Shown: one piece after another, positions 25,578 through 35,149 of the stretch | Numbering within the stretch: the first letter of the stretch is position 1 | Layout of the letters: every line of letters begins with the position of its first letter | Source: an uncultured delta proteobacterium | Lineage (GTDB): Bacteria > Desulfobacterota > Binatia > Binatales > Binataceae | Reading direction: 5' to 3' | Assembly: GCA_963711565.1 (NCBI GenBank) | Contig: CAVQEQ010000003.1 | Span: forward strand, 288,001 to 352,000 | Length of the DNA: 64,000 nucleotides | Notes under the pieces: generated by a model | Told to the model about the DNA's origin: nothing | What the model saw: the letters and a program-made list of their open reading frames with translations, nothing else | Databases searched by the model: none | Made by a program: the position numbers and the translations under genes

Positions 25578-25754
25578 CTTACCTTCTATCCTCTCCCATT
25601 CTGGTAGAGCGGAAGAAGCAGAACCGAGATTCTTCGCTTCGCTCTGAATGACACAGGGAACAGAACCTAAGAGCGAAATGGCGTTCTCGACATTTCGCGA
25701 TTAACGCTGGGTGCAGAGCCTGTCCTGAGCCTGCCGAAGGAGGTCACCCCTGCC
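25578..25754. repeat. Cluster of REP-like palindromic repeats from several families, one nested
   Basis: cctctccc...gtagag hairpin; GAGATTCTTCGCTTCGCTCTGAATGACA; GGGTGCAG..GTCACCCCTGCC interrupted by CCTGTCCTGAGCCTGCCGAAGG. Confidence 0.65.
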
Positions 25755-25840
25755 CAGGGAAGTGTGAAACCCACGGCGGGTTTCGCATTCAATAAAGTGA
25801 TTTGCCCTTTCCCATTCGCCGTTTGACAGTTTATCTCGAT

Positions 25841-25926
25841 CGCATGATGGCCGATCTCGACGGCCGCTACCCCGGCTACGGCTTCGCCCAGCACAAAGGC
25901 TACTGCACGCAAACGAGCACATGCAG
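25841..25926 (+). pseudogene. Diverged duplicate fragment of the rnhB 3' region
   Basis: Aligns to 23931-24014 with six substitutions (five synonymous) and a 2-nt insertion. Confidence 0.85.
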
Positions 25927-25983
25927 GGGCCGTCCTGGTGTCGCGCATTGAAACGGTCCCGGGTTTTTCCGCCTCGCTCCATC

Positions 25984-28092
25984 CTAGAACCCGCGCGATG
26001 GACCGATCTGCGGTGAGCGCACCGGCTTGGCCATGCCGTAGAACACAATCATGCCTTGGCCCCCACAGCGGGTCGAAAGACCCTCATCCGGCTTGCCATA
26101 GCAGGAAGCGGGATCCTGCCAGTTGTTAGAGACCCAGACGTTACCGGCCGGGTCAATGGAGGCGTCTACGAGCAACTGCATGCCACCGCCCTTGTAGCCA
26201 CCGGGCGGGGAAATAGGGTCGCCCGTTTTCATGCCGGGTGGACACGTCTCAGTCCTTGCACCACACAATTCAGTGAGCCCTCCTCCAGGCACAAAGTTTG
26301 ACACCCAGGCATGGTCGTTGCCGTCGATCGACACCGCCCAGGCGCCCCAGATGCTGCCGGGATTGAATGGCGATCCCGGCGCCGGAGTGCCGTCGGGTCG
26401 CAGCATCGACACGCTACCTAAGCCTGGATGGGACAGCAGGTCTTTGAGCGCGACCTGATCAATCCCAGAGGCCGTGCCGCCGGTCATCTTGAGTTCGAGG
26501 AGATGCAACTTGGTTTTCAGCGTTAACCCCGCACCCACCGTGTTGGCGATCCAGACGTTGCCCTTGCTGTCGACGGCCATACCCTTACCGCTGCCACCCC
26601 CGGTCTTGAAGACCTCGACCCTGCCTGGATCAGCCGCCGGAAAGCGTGTCACCGTGTCACCGATAGCGTTGGAAATCCAAATCCGGTCCTGCTGGTCGAT
26701 CGCAAGACCAAACGGGCCGCTTAGCTTGCAGGGACTATCCTTGTTCGGCTTACCGTTGGTGGACTCGCAATAGAACTTCGCCTTGGTCGGATCCCCCTGC
26801 GGCATGTACACGACCTTGTCGTTGGTGAAGTCGAGCGCCCAGACGTCGCCACTCGGCGTGACGATGATGCCCTGCATGAAACCGAGCTTGCCGCCGAAGT
26901 TGTAGCCCTCCGGCGGAGACAGCGGTTTACCGTTGTGGTCGAAGAGCGAGATAGTCTTGCCGCTGGTGCTGTCAAACCACACTCGATCGTTGGCATCGAT
27001 TGCCGAGCCGAACCCCGGACCCTGGAGGCCGCCGCCGGCAAATCCTGTCGTCATCGGCGAGAGCGGCTGGCCGTTCGGGGCGAACTCCGCCATGTTGCCA
27101 TCCCACAAGGCGTCGTGCCCCTGCGAGCCAACGATGAAATTGGCGCCGCTCCACGCGTTGCCCTGGCTGTCGAACATCACCTTGGCGCCACCGGCGTAAC
27201 CACCGCCGGCGAACTTGAGCGGCAGTACCCATGCGCTGGGTGCAAAGCTCAGATAGGGCATGAACGGAGTTGAGCGCAATCCTCGTGGTTTCATTGGATA
27301 GAACTTATCGAGGAGCGCGAAGATGCGCCCAGGCTTGTAGGCCATATTGTGTGCAATTGATATCGCCGCGGTGAGTGTGTCGGTGGGTTCCTTGCCGTCG
27401 CGGCCCACGGCGGCGACATACAGGCTCTTGCATGCGTCTTGCGTCACGTTCGTAATGCAGCCGGCGAGGACGTTCGACAAGGTACCGAAGTTGGCCATAG
27501 TCGGCGTCTCAGTGCTGTTGAAGCCGTCCTGAATCATTTCGCCGTAGCCGCCGGTCGCGAGATCGACGAAATTGGGCACGTTGCCGGCGGCGATGCGGAG
27601 ACCGAGCGGGTTGCCTTCGATCGTAGTGCCGTCGAGGAACTGCGTGTTGGTCCATACCGACGCTACCGTCGTGAACTCGTTGATGACGACGTGTGCCGGC
27701 GGTTTGCTGCCGATGACGGCGAGGAGCGCGATCGCCGGGTTGTCTCCGCTGCCGCTGCGGGCAGTCGACTCGCCACCTTTCGCAACCAGGTAGAGGATAC
27801 TGTCTTCACTGCCCGAACCGCCGACGCTCAGTGTAAACCGCCCGTCATCGCCAGTTTGGGTCTGCGCAAGCTGCCTGGGCGCGTCTGCACTCGCCGCCCA
27901 AAGCGTCACCGTGGATTTGGCTATCGGGGCACCTGCGCCAAGCACCTGACCCTCAACGCTCTCGGCGGCGCTAACTGCACCGGCTAACGGGAGTGAAAAA
28001 ATGACAACAGCCACGAATAGCATCGGCCATGCCCATTCGCGATCGAATACATTCAACGTACGTACAAGGCGTCTGTTTCTCCAACTTGGCAT
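25984..28092 (-). CDS. Secreted NHL-repeat/beta-propeller protein
   Basis: Signal peptide; repeats FDSQGNAW, AIDANDRVW, AIDQQDRIW, AVDSKGNVW, SIDPAGNVW; start uncertain. Confidence 0.8.
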   Translation of the reverse strand: MPSWRNRRLVRTLNVFDREWAWPMLFVAVVIFSLPLAGAVSAAESVEGQVLGAGAPIAKSTVTLWAASADAPRQLAQTQTGDDGRFTLSVGGSGSEDSILYLVAKGGESTARSGSGDNPAIALLAVIGSKPPAHVVINEFTTVASVWTNTQFLDGTTIEGNPLGLRIAAGNVPNFVDLATGGYGEMIQDGFNSTETPTMANFGTLSNVLAGCITNVTQDACKSLYVAAVGRDGKEPTDTLTAAISIAHNMAYKPGRIFALLDKFYPMKPRGLRSTPFMPYLSFAPSAWVLPLKFAGGGYAGGAKVMFDSQGNAWSGANFIVGSQGHDALWDGNMAEFAPNGQPLSPMTTGFAGGGLQGPGFGSAIDANDRVWFDSTSGKTISLFDHNGKPLSPPEGYNFGGKLGFMQGIIVTPSGDVWALDFTNDKVVYMPQGDPTKAKFYCESTNGKPNKDSPCKLSGPFGLAIDQQDRIWISNAIGDTVTRFPAADPGRVEVFKTGGGSGKGMAVDSKGNVWIANTVGAGLTLKTKLHLLELKMTGGTASGIDQVALKDLLSHPGLGSVSMLRPDGTPAPGSPFNPGSIWGAWAVSIDGNDHAWVSNFVPGGGLTELCGARTETCPPGMKTGDPISPPGGYKGGGMQLLVDASIDPAGNVWVSNNWQDPASCYGKPDEGLSTRCGGQGMIVFYGMAKPVRSPQIGPSRGF

Positions 28093-28209
28093 TTGGAATG
28101 CTTCTCCTTAGATCCGGGGACTTCGTCAAACTGATGTTCGTAGTTTCAATGATCTTCGATCGGAAAAGTATTGTACTTTGGTGCAATACTCCCGGATCCC
28201 TCTCGCCGT

Positions 28210-28267
28210 TTGACAGTTCGCCTCTGTCGCGCTATGAGGTTGAGTTCAGAATATGAATCTTCATTCA
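28210..28267 (+). promoter_or_regulatory. Sigma-70 promoter and probable TetR operator
   Basis: TTGACA-17 nt-TATGAG; inverted repeat TGAAT-CTTC-ATTCA at 28254-28267. Confidence 0.6.
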
Positions 28268-28288
28268 GTGCGAGGGAATTCGTAGCCG

Positions 28289-29083
28289 ATGAGCGTGCAG
28301 GAACGGCATCGGCGGGAGCGGCGTGCGCGGGGACAGGCTATCCTCGGTGCGGCGGCCAAGGTTTTCGCCCGGCATGGGCTCGAAGGCGCGACGATCGAGA
28401 TGGTTGCGCGCGAGGCCGAGGTGGCCGTCGGCACGATCTACCTCTACTACTCTTCGCGCGACGATCTTTACCTGAATCTTATCGCGGACCGCGCCGAGCA
28501 GCTTCGTGCGCGATACGTCGGAATCTTCGCGCGGCGGCTCGAACCGCTGGATGAGCTTAAGGCGATCGCATCTGCCTACCTGGACCATCTGCTCGAATCG
28601 CGCGAGATCTCCCTGTCACAGCATTCGGTGGTTTTCTCGCAGCTTCAGAAGCGGCTCAAGCGACATTCGGAGTTGAAAAATTTTCAGCGGCTGGTGGACT
28701 TGAGTCACGAAATTTTCGGACTGTGGGAAGGCACTATCAGGCGCGCGTTCGAAGGCGGCGTGATCGCCAATTCGATGGGGCCGAAGAAGACCGCGGCAGT
28801 GGTGTGGGCGAGCATGAACGGCGCGTTCATGCTGATGGGCGACGGGAATTTCTTCCGCAACGTCACCGGGCTCAACCCGGAGCATTTCGTCGATGAGGCG
28901 CTCGAGTCGCATCTGGCGGCGTCGCAGTTGAGCGTACGAAGAAAAGCGAAGAGCAGAATCGTGAATCGCGCGCGAAACAAATCGCGCGCTGGAATAGGAC
29001 CCTCACCCGCGCCGCAGCGGCGCGACCTCTCCCGGTTAGGGAGAGGGGAAGCAGAAGAGGTCGGCGTCCATCCGACCGCGTGA
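28289..29083 (+). CDS. TetR/AcrR-family transcriptional regulator
   Basis: ILGAAAKVFARHGLEGATIEMVAREAEVAVGTIYLYYSSRDDL. Confidence 0.9.
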   Translation: MSVQERHRRERRARGQAILGAAAKVFARHGLEGATIEMVAREAEVAVGTIYLYYSSRDDLYLNLIADRAEQLRARYVGIFARRLEPLDELKAIASAYLDHLLESREISLSQHSVVFSQLQKRLKRHSELKNFQRLVDLSHEIFGLWEGTIRRAFEGGVIANSMGPKKTAAVVWASMNGAFMLMGDGNFFRNVTGLNPEHFVDEALESHLAASQLSVRRKAKSRIVNRARNKSRAGIGPSPAPQRRDLSRLGRGEAEEVGVHPTA

Positions 29084-29123
29084 TCACGGACGAAAGCCGC
29101 ACGAGCGCAAAGGAGAGAGCGTT

Positions 29124-30428
29124 ATGAAATTTACCTGGTTCCATCTGATGCCGTATCGGTTTCTGCCCGAGGACTTCAAGGAGAAGTACCGCAGCGTGTG
29201 GGTCGATATCCCGCGCGACTTGTACGATCCGAAAGTCGGGCATCGCCTCTACAACGACTACCTCGATCAGCTCGAATACGCCGACTCGATGGGCTTCGAC
29301 GGGCTGGGCGTCAACGAGCATCATCAGAATGCGTACGGGTTGATGCCGTCGCCGAATATCATGGCGGCGGCGCTCACGCGGCGGACGCGCAATGCCAACC
29401 TGGTCGTGCTCGGCAACTCGATCGCGCTGTACAATCCGCCGATTCGCGTCGCCGAGGAGTTCGCGATGCTCGACGTTATCTCGGGCGGACGCCTTATCGC
29501 CGGTTTCCCGGTCGGCACCTCGATGGATACCAACTTCTGCTACGGCGAAGTGCCCGCGACGATTCGCGAGAAGTATTACGAGGCTCACGACTTGATCATC
29601 AAGGCGTGGGAAGCCAAGGACGTGTTCTCGTTCAACGGCAAGTTCACCAAGCTGCGTTACGTGAACCTGTGGCCGAAGCCGTTGCAGCAGCCGCATCCGC
29701 CTATTTGGATTCCCGGCGGCGGATCGGTCGAGACCTACGACTTCTGCGCCGACCACAATTACCAGTACAGCTTCCTTTCGTACTTCGGGTATATCGCGGG
29801 CAAGAAAGTTTCCGACGGCTACTGGGAAGTGATGGCGAAGAAGGGCAAGGAGCTGAATCCTTACAGCCTCGGCTTCGCGCAGGTCGTCGCAGTGTCGGAG
29901 ACCGATGAGCAGGCGGAGAAGGATTACGCGCCGCACATGGACTACTTCTATAACCGGTGCTTGCACGTCTATAACGGCTTCGCCGACGCGCCGGGTTATC
30001 GCACGGTGAAGACGATCAAGGCGGGAATGCTCGGCCAGGTCGGCGATCAGGCGGCGATGCGGCGCGAGGGCCTGAAGTGGAAGGACTTCCTCGATCAGGG
30101 CTACGTGATCGCGGGATCGCCCAAGACGGTGCGCGAGCGTCTGCGCGAGGCGATGAAGTCGCTCAACTGCGGGCATCTGATGCTGCTGCAGCAGATCGGA
30201 TCGATGCCGCCGGAACTGGTGCGCAAGAGCACCAGCCTGTTCGCCACCGAGGTCATGCCGTACATGCGCGACCTGTGGACCGGCTTCGAGGACAAGTGGT
30301 CGCCCAAGCGTGACCTGCCGCAAGCCGACTTCGCGAAACCGGCGCCGGTCCATTTCGAGAAGCACGAGACGAACGGCACGGCGCGCGCGAGTGCGTCGGC
30401 CTCGGCGGAGGTTCGGAGCGCGAAATGA
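29124..30428 (+). CDS. LLM-class flavin-dependent oxidoreductase
   Basis: GFDGLGVNEHH, PIRVAEEFAMLDVISGGRL, PKPLQQPHPPIW. Confidence 0.9.
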   Translation: MKFTWFHLMPYRFLPEDFKEKYRSVWVDIPRDLYDPKVGHRLYNDYLDQLEYADSMGFDGLGVNEHHQNAYGLMPSPNIMAAALTRRTRNANLVVLGNSIALYNPPIRVAEEFAMLDVISGGRLIAGFPVGTSMDTNFCYGEVPATIREKYYEAHDLIIKAWEAKDVFSFNGKFTKLRYVNLWPKPLQQPHPPIWIPGGGSVETYDFCADHNYQYSFLSYFGYIAGKKVSDGYWEVMAKKGKELNPYSLGFAQVVAVSETDEQAEKDYAPHMDYFYNRCLHVYNGFADAPGYRTVKTIKAGMLGQVGDQAAMRREGLKWKDFLDQGYVIAGSPKTVRERLREAMKSLNCGHLMLLQQIGSMPPELVRKSTSLFATEVMPYMRDLWTGFEDKWSPKRDLPQADFAKPAPVHFEKHETNGTARASASASAEVRSAK

Positions 30429-31210
30429 ACACGACGCAGAAACTTCTCAACGGAAAATTCTCGCTTGAGATGCAGACCTATGGGAGCAGCGGCGAGCCGC
30501 TCCTGTTCATCCACGGCGCGGGCGGCCTGATGCCGGTCGAGCCGTTCCTCGAGGAGCTCGGCAAGACGTTCAAGGTCTATGCGCCGCAATTTCCCGGCTA
30601 CGCCGAATCGACGGGCAACGAGCATATCGACGATATCGGCGACGCGGTCTGCTTCTTCCACGAGCTGATGGACGAACTCGGAATCTCGACCGCGAACATC
30701 GTCGGCCATTCGATGGGCGGAATGCTCGCGGCGGAAGTCGCGGCCTTCGACGTGCATCGCGCAAAGAAGCTCGTGCTGATAGCGCCGGCCGGGTTCTGGA
30801 TCGATGAAGTACCGATACCCGACCTGTTCGCGGCGCAGCTGACCGAGATTGCGCCGCTGCTGTTCCACGATCCCAACTCGCCGGCGGCGCAAATGTTGAC
30901 GGCGATACCGACCGACTTCAAGGCGCTGGAGACGATGTACGTCGAGCGGGTGAAGCGGTTCGCGACGGCCAGCAAATTCCTGTGGCCGATCCCCGACCGC
31001 GGTCTCAAGAAACGCGCGTACCGGATTCAAGCGCCGACACTGCTGCTGTGGGGCGACGACGACAAGCTGATTCCACCGGCCTACGCGAAGGAGTTCACCA
31101 GCCGGATCAAGAACTGCAAGCTGGAGTTGATCAAGAACGCGGGGCACATGGTGATGTACGAGCAGCAGGAGGCGCTGGTCGGCGCGATACGAAATTTTCT
31201 GAAGGGGTAA
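30425..31210 (+). CDS. Alpha/beta hydrolase
   Basis: FIHGAGG, GHSMGG, WGDDD, AGH; ATGA coupling to the LLM gene. Confidence 0.9.
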   Translation: MNTTQKLLNGKFSLEMQTYGSSGEPLLFIHGAGGLMPVEPFLEELGKTFKVYAPQFPGYAESTGNEHIDDIGDAVCFFHELMDELGISTANIVGHSMGGMLAAEVAAFDVHRAKKLVLIAPAGFWIDEVPIPDLFAAQLTEIAPLLFHDPNSPAAQMLTAIPTDFKALETMYVERVKRFATASKFLWPIPDRGLKKRAYRIQAPTLLLWGDDDKLIPPAYAKEFTSRIKNCKLELIKNAGHMVMYEQQEALVGAIRNFLKG

Positions 31211-31216
31211 AAAAAC

Positions 31217-31251
31217 CTCTCCCCTCGCCCCTCTCCCTTCAGGAGAGGGGA
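31217..31251. repeat. REP-like hairpin (CCCCTCTCCC...GGAGAGGGG family), possible terminator
   Basis: cctctcccctcgcccctctcccttcaggagagggga; related copies near 29000, 42748, 48383, 61518 and 61583. Confidence 0.6.
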
Positions 31252-31336
31252 ACAGAGAGCGCGGCTGGAGCATCGACGCTCCGGCCGTTTTCTTTTTGTC
31301 TTGAATCTGAACGCGCGCGCGACTAGCTTGCGGCGC

Positions 31337-31759
31337 ATGGCAAATGAAAGTGCTCGCCCCTCGCGCGGCGTATTCCTCACCGTGATTACGGTGCTATTCC
31401 TTCTGCTCGCGCTGTCCGATTTCACCAAGGCGCTTCAATTTGTCGGCAATCCCGCGGTCGGCGGCCTTGTCATACTCGGCCACAAGTTCCACGGCGTTGC
31501 GCACAACCTAATACTCGGGCCGATCTTCGGCATCGTGCTTCTCGCCTACGCGTACGGCATCTGGAACCTGCGTGCGTGGATGCTGCCGCTGTCGATCGTG
31601 TACGCGTTCTACGTGCCGGCGAACATGGTCTTGTTCTGGTCGCTGCATCAACTGCCGTCGCCGACCAAGGGCTTCATAGTTATGTATCTGTTTCTTTCGC
31701 TGACCGGTTCCGTCGGCACAGCGATCTATCTTTCGTATCATCGGGAGCGCTTGAGCTGA
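31337..31759 (+). CDS. Hypothetical membrane protein (about 4 TM)
   Basis: Hydrophobic segments; start moved to ATG 31337. Confidence 0.7.
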   Translation: MANESARPSRGVFLTVITVLFLLLALSDFTKALQFVGNPAVGGLVILGHKFHGVAHNLILGPIFGIVLLAYAYGIWNLRAWMLPLSIVYAFYVPANMVLFWSLHQLPSPTKGFIVMYLFLSLTGSVGTAIYLSYHRERLS

Positions 31760-31811
31760 CGGTCGCGCGGGAGTTGACGGCGGCGTTGGACAGTTTTAAA
31801 TTGCAACCACT

Positions 31812-32423
31812 ATGAAAATATACGAATTCACTGGAGCTCCGAATCCACGCCGCGTGCGCGTTTTTCTCGCGGAAAAAGGCATCAACGACGTTCCCTCCGT
31901 GCAGGTCAACATCGCGACCGGCGACAATCGCAAACCCGATTTCCTGAAAATCAATCCGATGGGCGGGTTGCCGGTGCTCGAACTTGACGACGGCACGCAT
32001 ATCGCCGAGTCGGTCGCGATTTGCCGCTACTTCGAGACCGTCAAGCCCGAACCACCTCTCATGGGAGTCGATGCGAAGGACAAGGCGGTGGTCGAGATGT
32101 GGAATCGGCGGATGGAATTCGAAATCCTGTCGATGACTGCGGGATCGTTCCGCAACACGAGCGATTTCTTCAAGGGGCGCATTCCGCAGGTCAAGGAATA
32201 CGGCGAGATTTGCCGCAACGCGGCGGTGAAGCGACTGGAATGGCTCGACACGGTGCTGGCGGATCGCGAGTTCATCGCGGGACCGCGCTACACGATTGCG
32301 GATATCACGGCGCTTATCGGAATCGATTTCGGGCGCACGACCGCAATCAAGATCCAGGAGAATCAGAAGAACCTAGCGCGATGGCATCAGGCGGTATCGA
32401 GCCGGCCGAGCGCGAAGGCGTAA
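31812..32423 (+). CDS. Glutathione S-transferase family protein
   Basis: APNPRRVRVFLAEKG, INPMGGLPVL, ESVAICRY, YTIADI. Confidence 0.92.
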   Translation: MKIYEFTGAPNPRRVRVFLAEKGINDVPSVQVNIATGDNRKPDFLKINPMGGLPVLELDDGTHIAESVAICRYFETVKPEPPLMGVDAKDKAVVEMWNRRMEFEILSMTAGSFRNTSDFFKGRIPQVKEYGEICRNAAVKRLEWLDTVLADREFIAGPRYTIADITALIGIDFGRTTAIKIQENQKNLARWHQAVSSRPSAKA

Positions 32424-32482
32424 CGGAGGACCGCTTCGCGATTGCAGAACCGGTACCGGCTTCGCTGGCGCGAAGCTGTCCG

Positions 32483-32563
32483 AGATCCTTCCTGCCGCTC
32501 GCGTCGCTCGCTTTGTCAGGATGACAACGGCGCGCTCGCGCTGCTCGCTTCTGTCAGGATGAC
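32483..32563. repeat. REP-like repeats (GAGATCCTTC...TCAGGATGAC family) between convergent genes
   Basis: Two copies of GCTCGCTT(T/C)..GTCAGGATGAC; related to 25627-25654. Confidence 0.55.
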
Positions 32564-32588
32564 GGGTACTGTTGGCAGTGTTGACTGT

Positions 32589-33059
32589 TCAGCGCGAGGC
32601 GGACTGCGCGACGGCCGTTGGCGGGAGCGAATATATCGGCGTGTACATCTGGTAGCACATCAGATACACGATCACGCCCGTCACTGACACGTACATCCAC
32701 AGCGGCCAGGTCCATCGCGCGATTCGGCGATGGCTGCGGAATTTGCCGCGGAACGCGAGCACAATCGTCGCGATCGCGAGCGGTACGATCACGCCGGCGA
32801 GGATTACGTGCGGGATAAGAATCGAGAAGTACAGCGAGCGGACCCATCCTTCGCCGCTGAAGCGCACGTTGCCGACGTTGTAGTGATAGACGAGGTATGA
32901 CGTTAGGAAGACGGCGGAGAACCCCATCGCGGCGATCATGCAGGCGCGATGCGCCCGTACCATCCCGTTCTTGATGAAGATGAATCCCGCCAGCAGCAGG
33001 ACCGTGGCGCATCCGTTGAGGAATGCGTTCAGCGGCGCCAGCGAATGGTAAGAATCCAA
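32589..33059 (-). CDS. DUF420-family membrane protein (oxidase accessory)
   Basis: LNAFLNG...HRACM...FLTSYLVYH...HRRIARWTWPLWMYVSVTG; probable TTG start. Confidence 0.85.
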   Translation of the reverse strand: MDSYHSLAPLNAFLNGCATVLLLAGFIFIKNGMVRAHRACMIAAMGFSAVFLTSYLVYHYNVGNVRFSGEGWVRSLYFSILIPHVILAGVIVPLAIATIVLAFRGKFRSHRRIARWTWPLWMYVSVTGVIVYLMCYQMYTPIYSLPPTAVAQSASR

Positions 33060-33075
33060 TTGGATTCCCGGGCGT

Positions 33076-33498
33076 TCAGAGCTGCGGAATCGCCTGGTTA
33101 TTCGGATTCGGCGTCTGCGGCGGCGGCGGCGCAACCGGATTCGCGCCCATCTCGGCGGGATTTGTCACCGGCCTTGGATGGTCGTAATGGGTCCACATCC
33201 GCGTCGTCAGATCGGGCAGCAGCATGAAGCAGAGAAACGTGACCAGTATCACCGGGATTATCGCGATGATTGCGAGCGCCCTCTTTTCCATCGCGAGATG
33301 CATGAAGTACATCGCGACCAGCACGGCCTTCGCCCACGCCAGCGCGACCAGCAGACCGACCTTGGCGACCTGCGGCAGGCCCATCGCGTACACGCCCAGC
33401 TCGACGGCGGTCAGAATCGACAGATATATAAAAACCGCAATGTAGTTCGGCCCGCTATGTTCGATCGGATGCCCTGAAACCGCAGCTTGCGTCGTCAT
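33076..33498 (-). CDS. Cytochrome c oxidase subunit IV family protein
   Basis: YIAVFIYLSILTAVE...KAVLVAMYFMHL; start moved to ATG 33498. Confidence 0.85.
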   Translation of the reverse strand: MTTQAAVSGHPIEHSGPNYIAVFIYLSILTAVELGVYAMGLPQVAKVGLLVALAWAKAVLVAMYFMHLAMEKRALAIIAIIPVILVTFLCFMLLPDLTTRMWTHYDHPRPVTNPAEMGANPVAPPPPQTPNPNNQAIPQL

Positions 33499-33542
33499 TG
33501 TTCTAATTTCATCTCCGCCAGTAATCGTTGGGAAGCTGCTGC

Positions 33543-34172
33543 CTAGATCAAATAGATGAACGTGAAGATCAGGATCCAAACCAGGTCGACGAAGTGCCAG
33601 TAGAGCCCCGCGATCTCGACCAGGTTCGCCTTGGCCGGCGTCAGCTTGCCGGTCATGCCACGAATCAACAGCACGCTGTTGTAGACGACGCCGCCGAAGA
33701 CGTGGCAGCCGTGGAAGCCGGTCAGGATGAAAAACGTCGCGTCGAACAGGTCAACCTTGATCGACATCCCTTTCTCGCCGAGCAGGTGATGCCACTCGAA
33801 CGCCTGCATCCCGAGGAACAGGAGTCCGCCGAGAACGGTCAGCGCCATGAAGTTGCGATAGCGCGCCATCCTGCCGGTTTGGATGGAGCCGAGCGCCTCG
33901 ACCATCGTGACGCTCGAGCAGATCAGGATGAACGTCATGATCGCGGTGGTAGTGATGCCTAGAAATGCGGCGGGCGACGGCCAATTGGGGTTGTCGATGC
34001 GCAGGGCGCCGTAGGCGGCGATGGCGGCGCCGAAGGTCATCGCGTCGCCGGCCAGGAACGACCACATCCCGAGCTTGCCGAGATTTCCCGGCGTAAGCGA
34101 CGGTTCCAGCTGATCCTGAACCGCACCGTGATCGTGAGTATCTACTGCAGCAGCCTCGCTCATCGCGACCAT
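33543..34172 (-). CDS. ctaE: Cytochrome c oxidase subunit III
   Basis: FFILTGFHGCHV, GLYWHFVDLVW. Confidence 0.9.
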   Translation of the reverse strand: MVAMSEAAAVDTHDHGAVQDQLEPSLTPGNLGKLGMWSFLAGDAMTFGAAIAAYGALRIDNPNWPSPAAFLGITTTAIMTFILICSSVTMVEALGSIQTGRMARYRNFMALTVLGGLLFLGMQAFEWHHLLGEKGMSIKVDLFDATFFILTGFHGCHVFGGVVYNSVLLIRGMTGKLTPAKANLVEIAGLYWHFVDLVWILIFTFIYLI

Positions 34173-34216
34173 CCTCTTTGGGGCAAATGGCTATAGTCAG
34201 TGTTCATTTGAAATGA

Positions 34217-34468
34217 CTATTTAGTAGTTGATTTACGATCCTGTCGTTGCGACCGCCGATAGACGAAGTAAGTAATGCCTCCGATCACCGCAAACGAGGC
34301 ATACGGCGACGCCACCATGAATAGCGCGCTGGTCTTATACGCCCGGAACGCCGGGCTGTCATCCGAGAGCCCGCAGGTCGCGCACGCGTTGGCCAGTCGC
34401 GGAGCGGCGGCAACAATCGCGCCGGCTATCATCGTCGCGGTTGCTTTGAGCCTTGCACCTTTCATCAT
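34217..34468 (-). CDS. Small exported CxxC membrane protein in the oxidase operon
   Basis: Signal peptide, ANACATC, one TM helix, basic tail; GGAG RBS. Confidence 0.65.
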   Translation of the reverse strand: MMKGARLKATATMIAGAIVAAAPRLANACATCGLSDDSPAFRAYKTSALFMVASPYASFAVIGGITYFVYRRSQRQDRKSTTK

Positions 34469-34488
34469 CACGTTCTCCATCGGTGAAA

Positions 34489-35148
34489 CTACATCAGATA
34501 TACCAGCCCGAACAGGACCGGCCAGACCGCGCACACGAAATACCAATAGACGGCGCACATCTCAATCGCGTGGGCGTTGCGAGCGTTGTATCTGCCGCGC
34601 ATCGCAAGCCCCACGACGCATGCCAGCCAGATGACGCCGGCGGTCACGTGCGCGCCGTGGCATCCGATCAGCAAATAAAAAGTTCCGCCGTACGTACCGC
34701 TGGAAAGCTTGAGGCCGTGGGCGACGAGCCGTACCCATTCGCTGCCCTGCACCGCAAGAAACGTCACGCCCAGCGCGAGCGTCGCGAGCAGATAACGGCG
34801 GGTCAGGCGTTGGCGGCTCTTATGCACGGCGAGCAGCGCAAGCGTCATCGTGACGGCGCTCGACAGCAGCACGAAGGTGTTCACCCAGGTGACCTCAATC
34901 GGCAGGCGCGGCATCGCAGGCGGCGGCCAGAAGGGAGCCGAGAGGCGGTAGATCAGAAATGAGCCGATGAGGCCGCTGAACAGCATCATCTCGGATGCGA
35001 TCAGCATCAGGATCGCTATCATCCCGCTGCTGATGAAGGGACGCTCGATTTGATCGCCGCTGGCGCCTGAGTCGGAAGAGCGACCGCGGCGAACCGGCGC
35101 CACCAACGGGCGAATTTTTGCAGTCGATGCTGTCACGCCGAACGCCAT
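34489..35148 (-). CDS. Second cytochrome c oxidase subunit III paralog
   Basis: IASEMMLFSGL, NTFVLLSS, GCHGAHV, YWYFV. Confidence 0.88.
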   Translation of the reverse strand: MAFGVTASTAKIRPLVAPVRRGRSSDSGASGDQIERPFISSGMIAILMLIASEMMLFSGLIGSFLIYRLSAPFWPPPAMPRLPIEVTWVNTFVLLSSAVTMTLALLAVHKSRQRLTRRYLLATLALGVTFLAVQGSEWVRLVAHGLKLSSGTYGGTFYLLIGCHGAHVTAGVIWLACVVGLAMRGRYNARNAHAIEMCAVYWYFVCAVWPVLFGLVYLM

Positions 35149-35149
35149 A

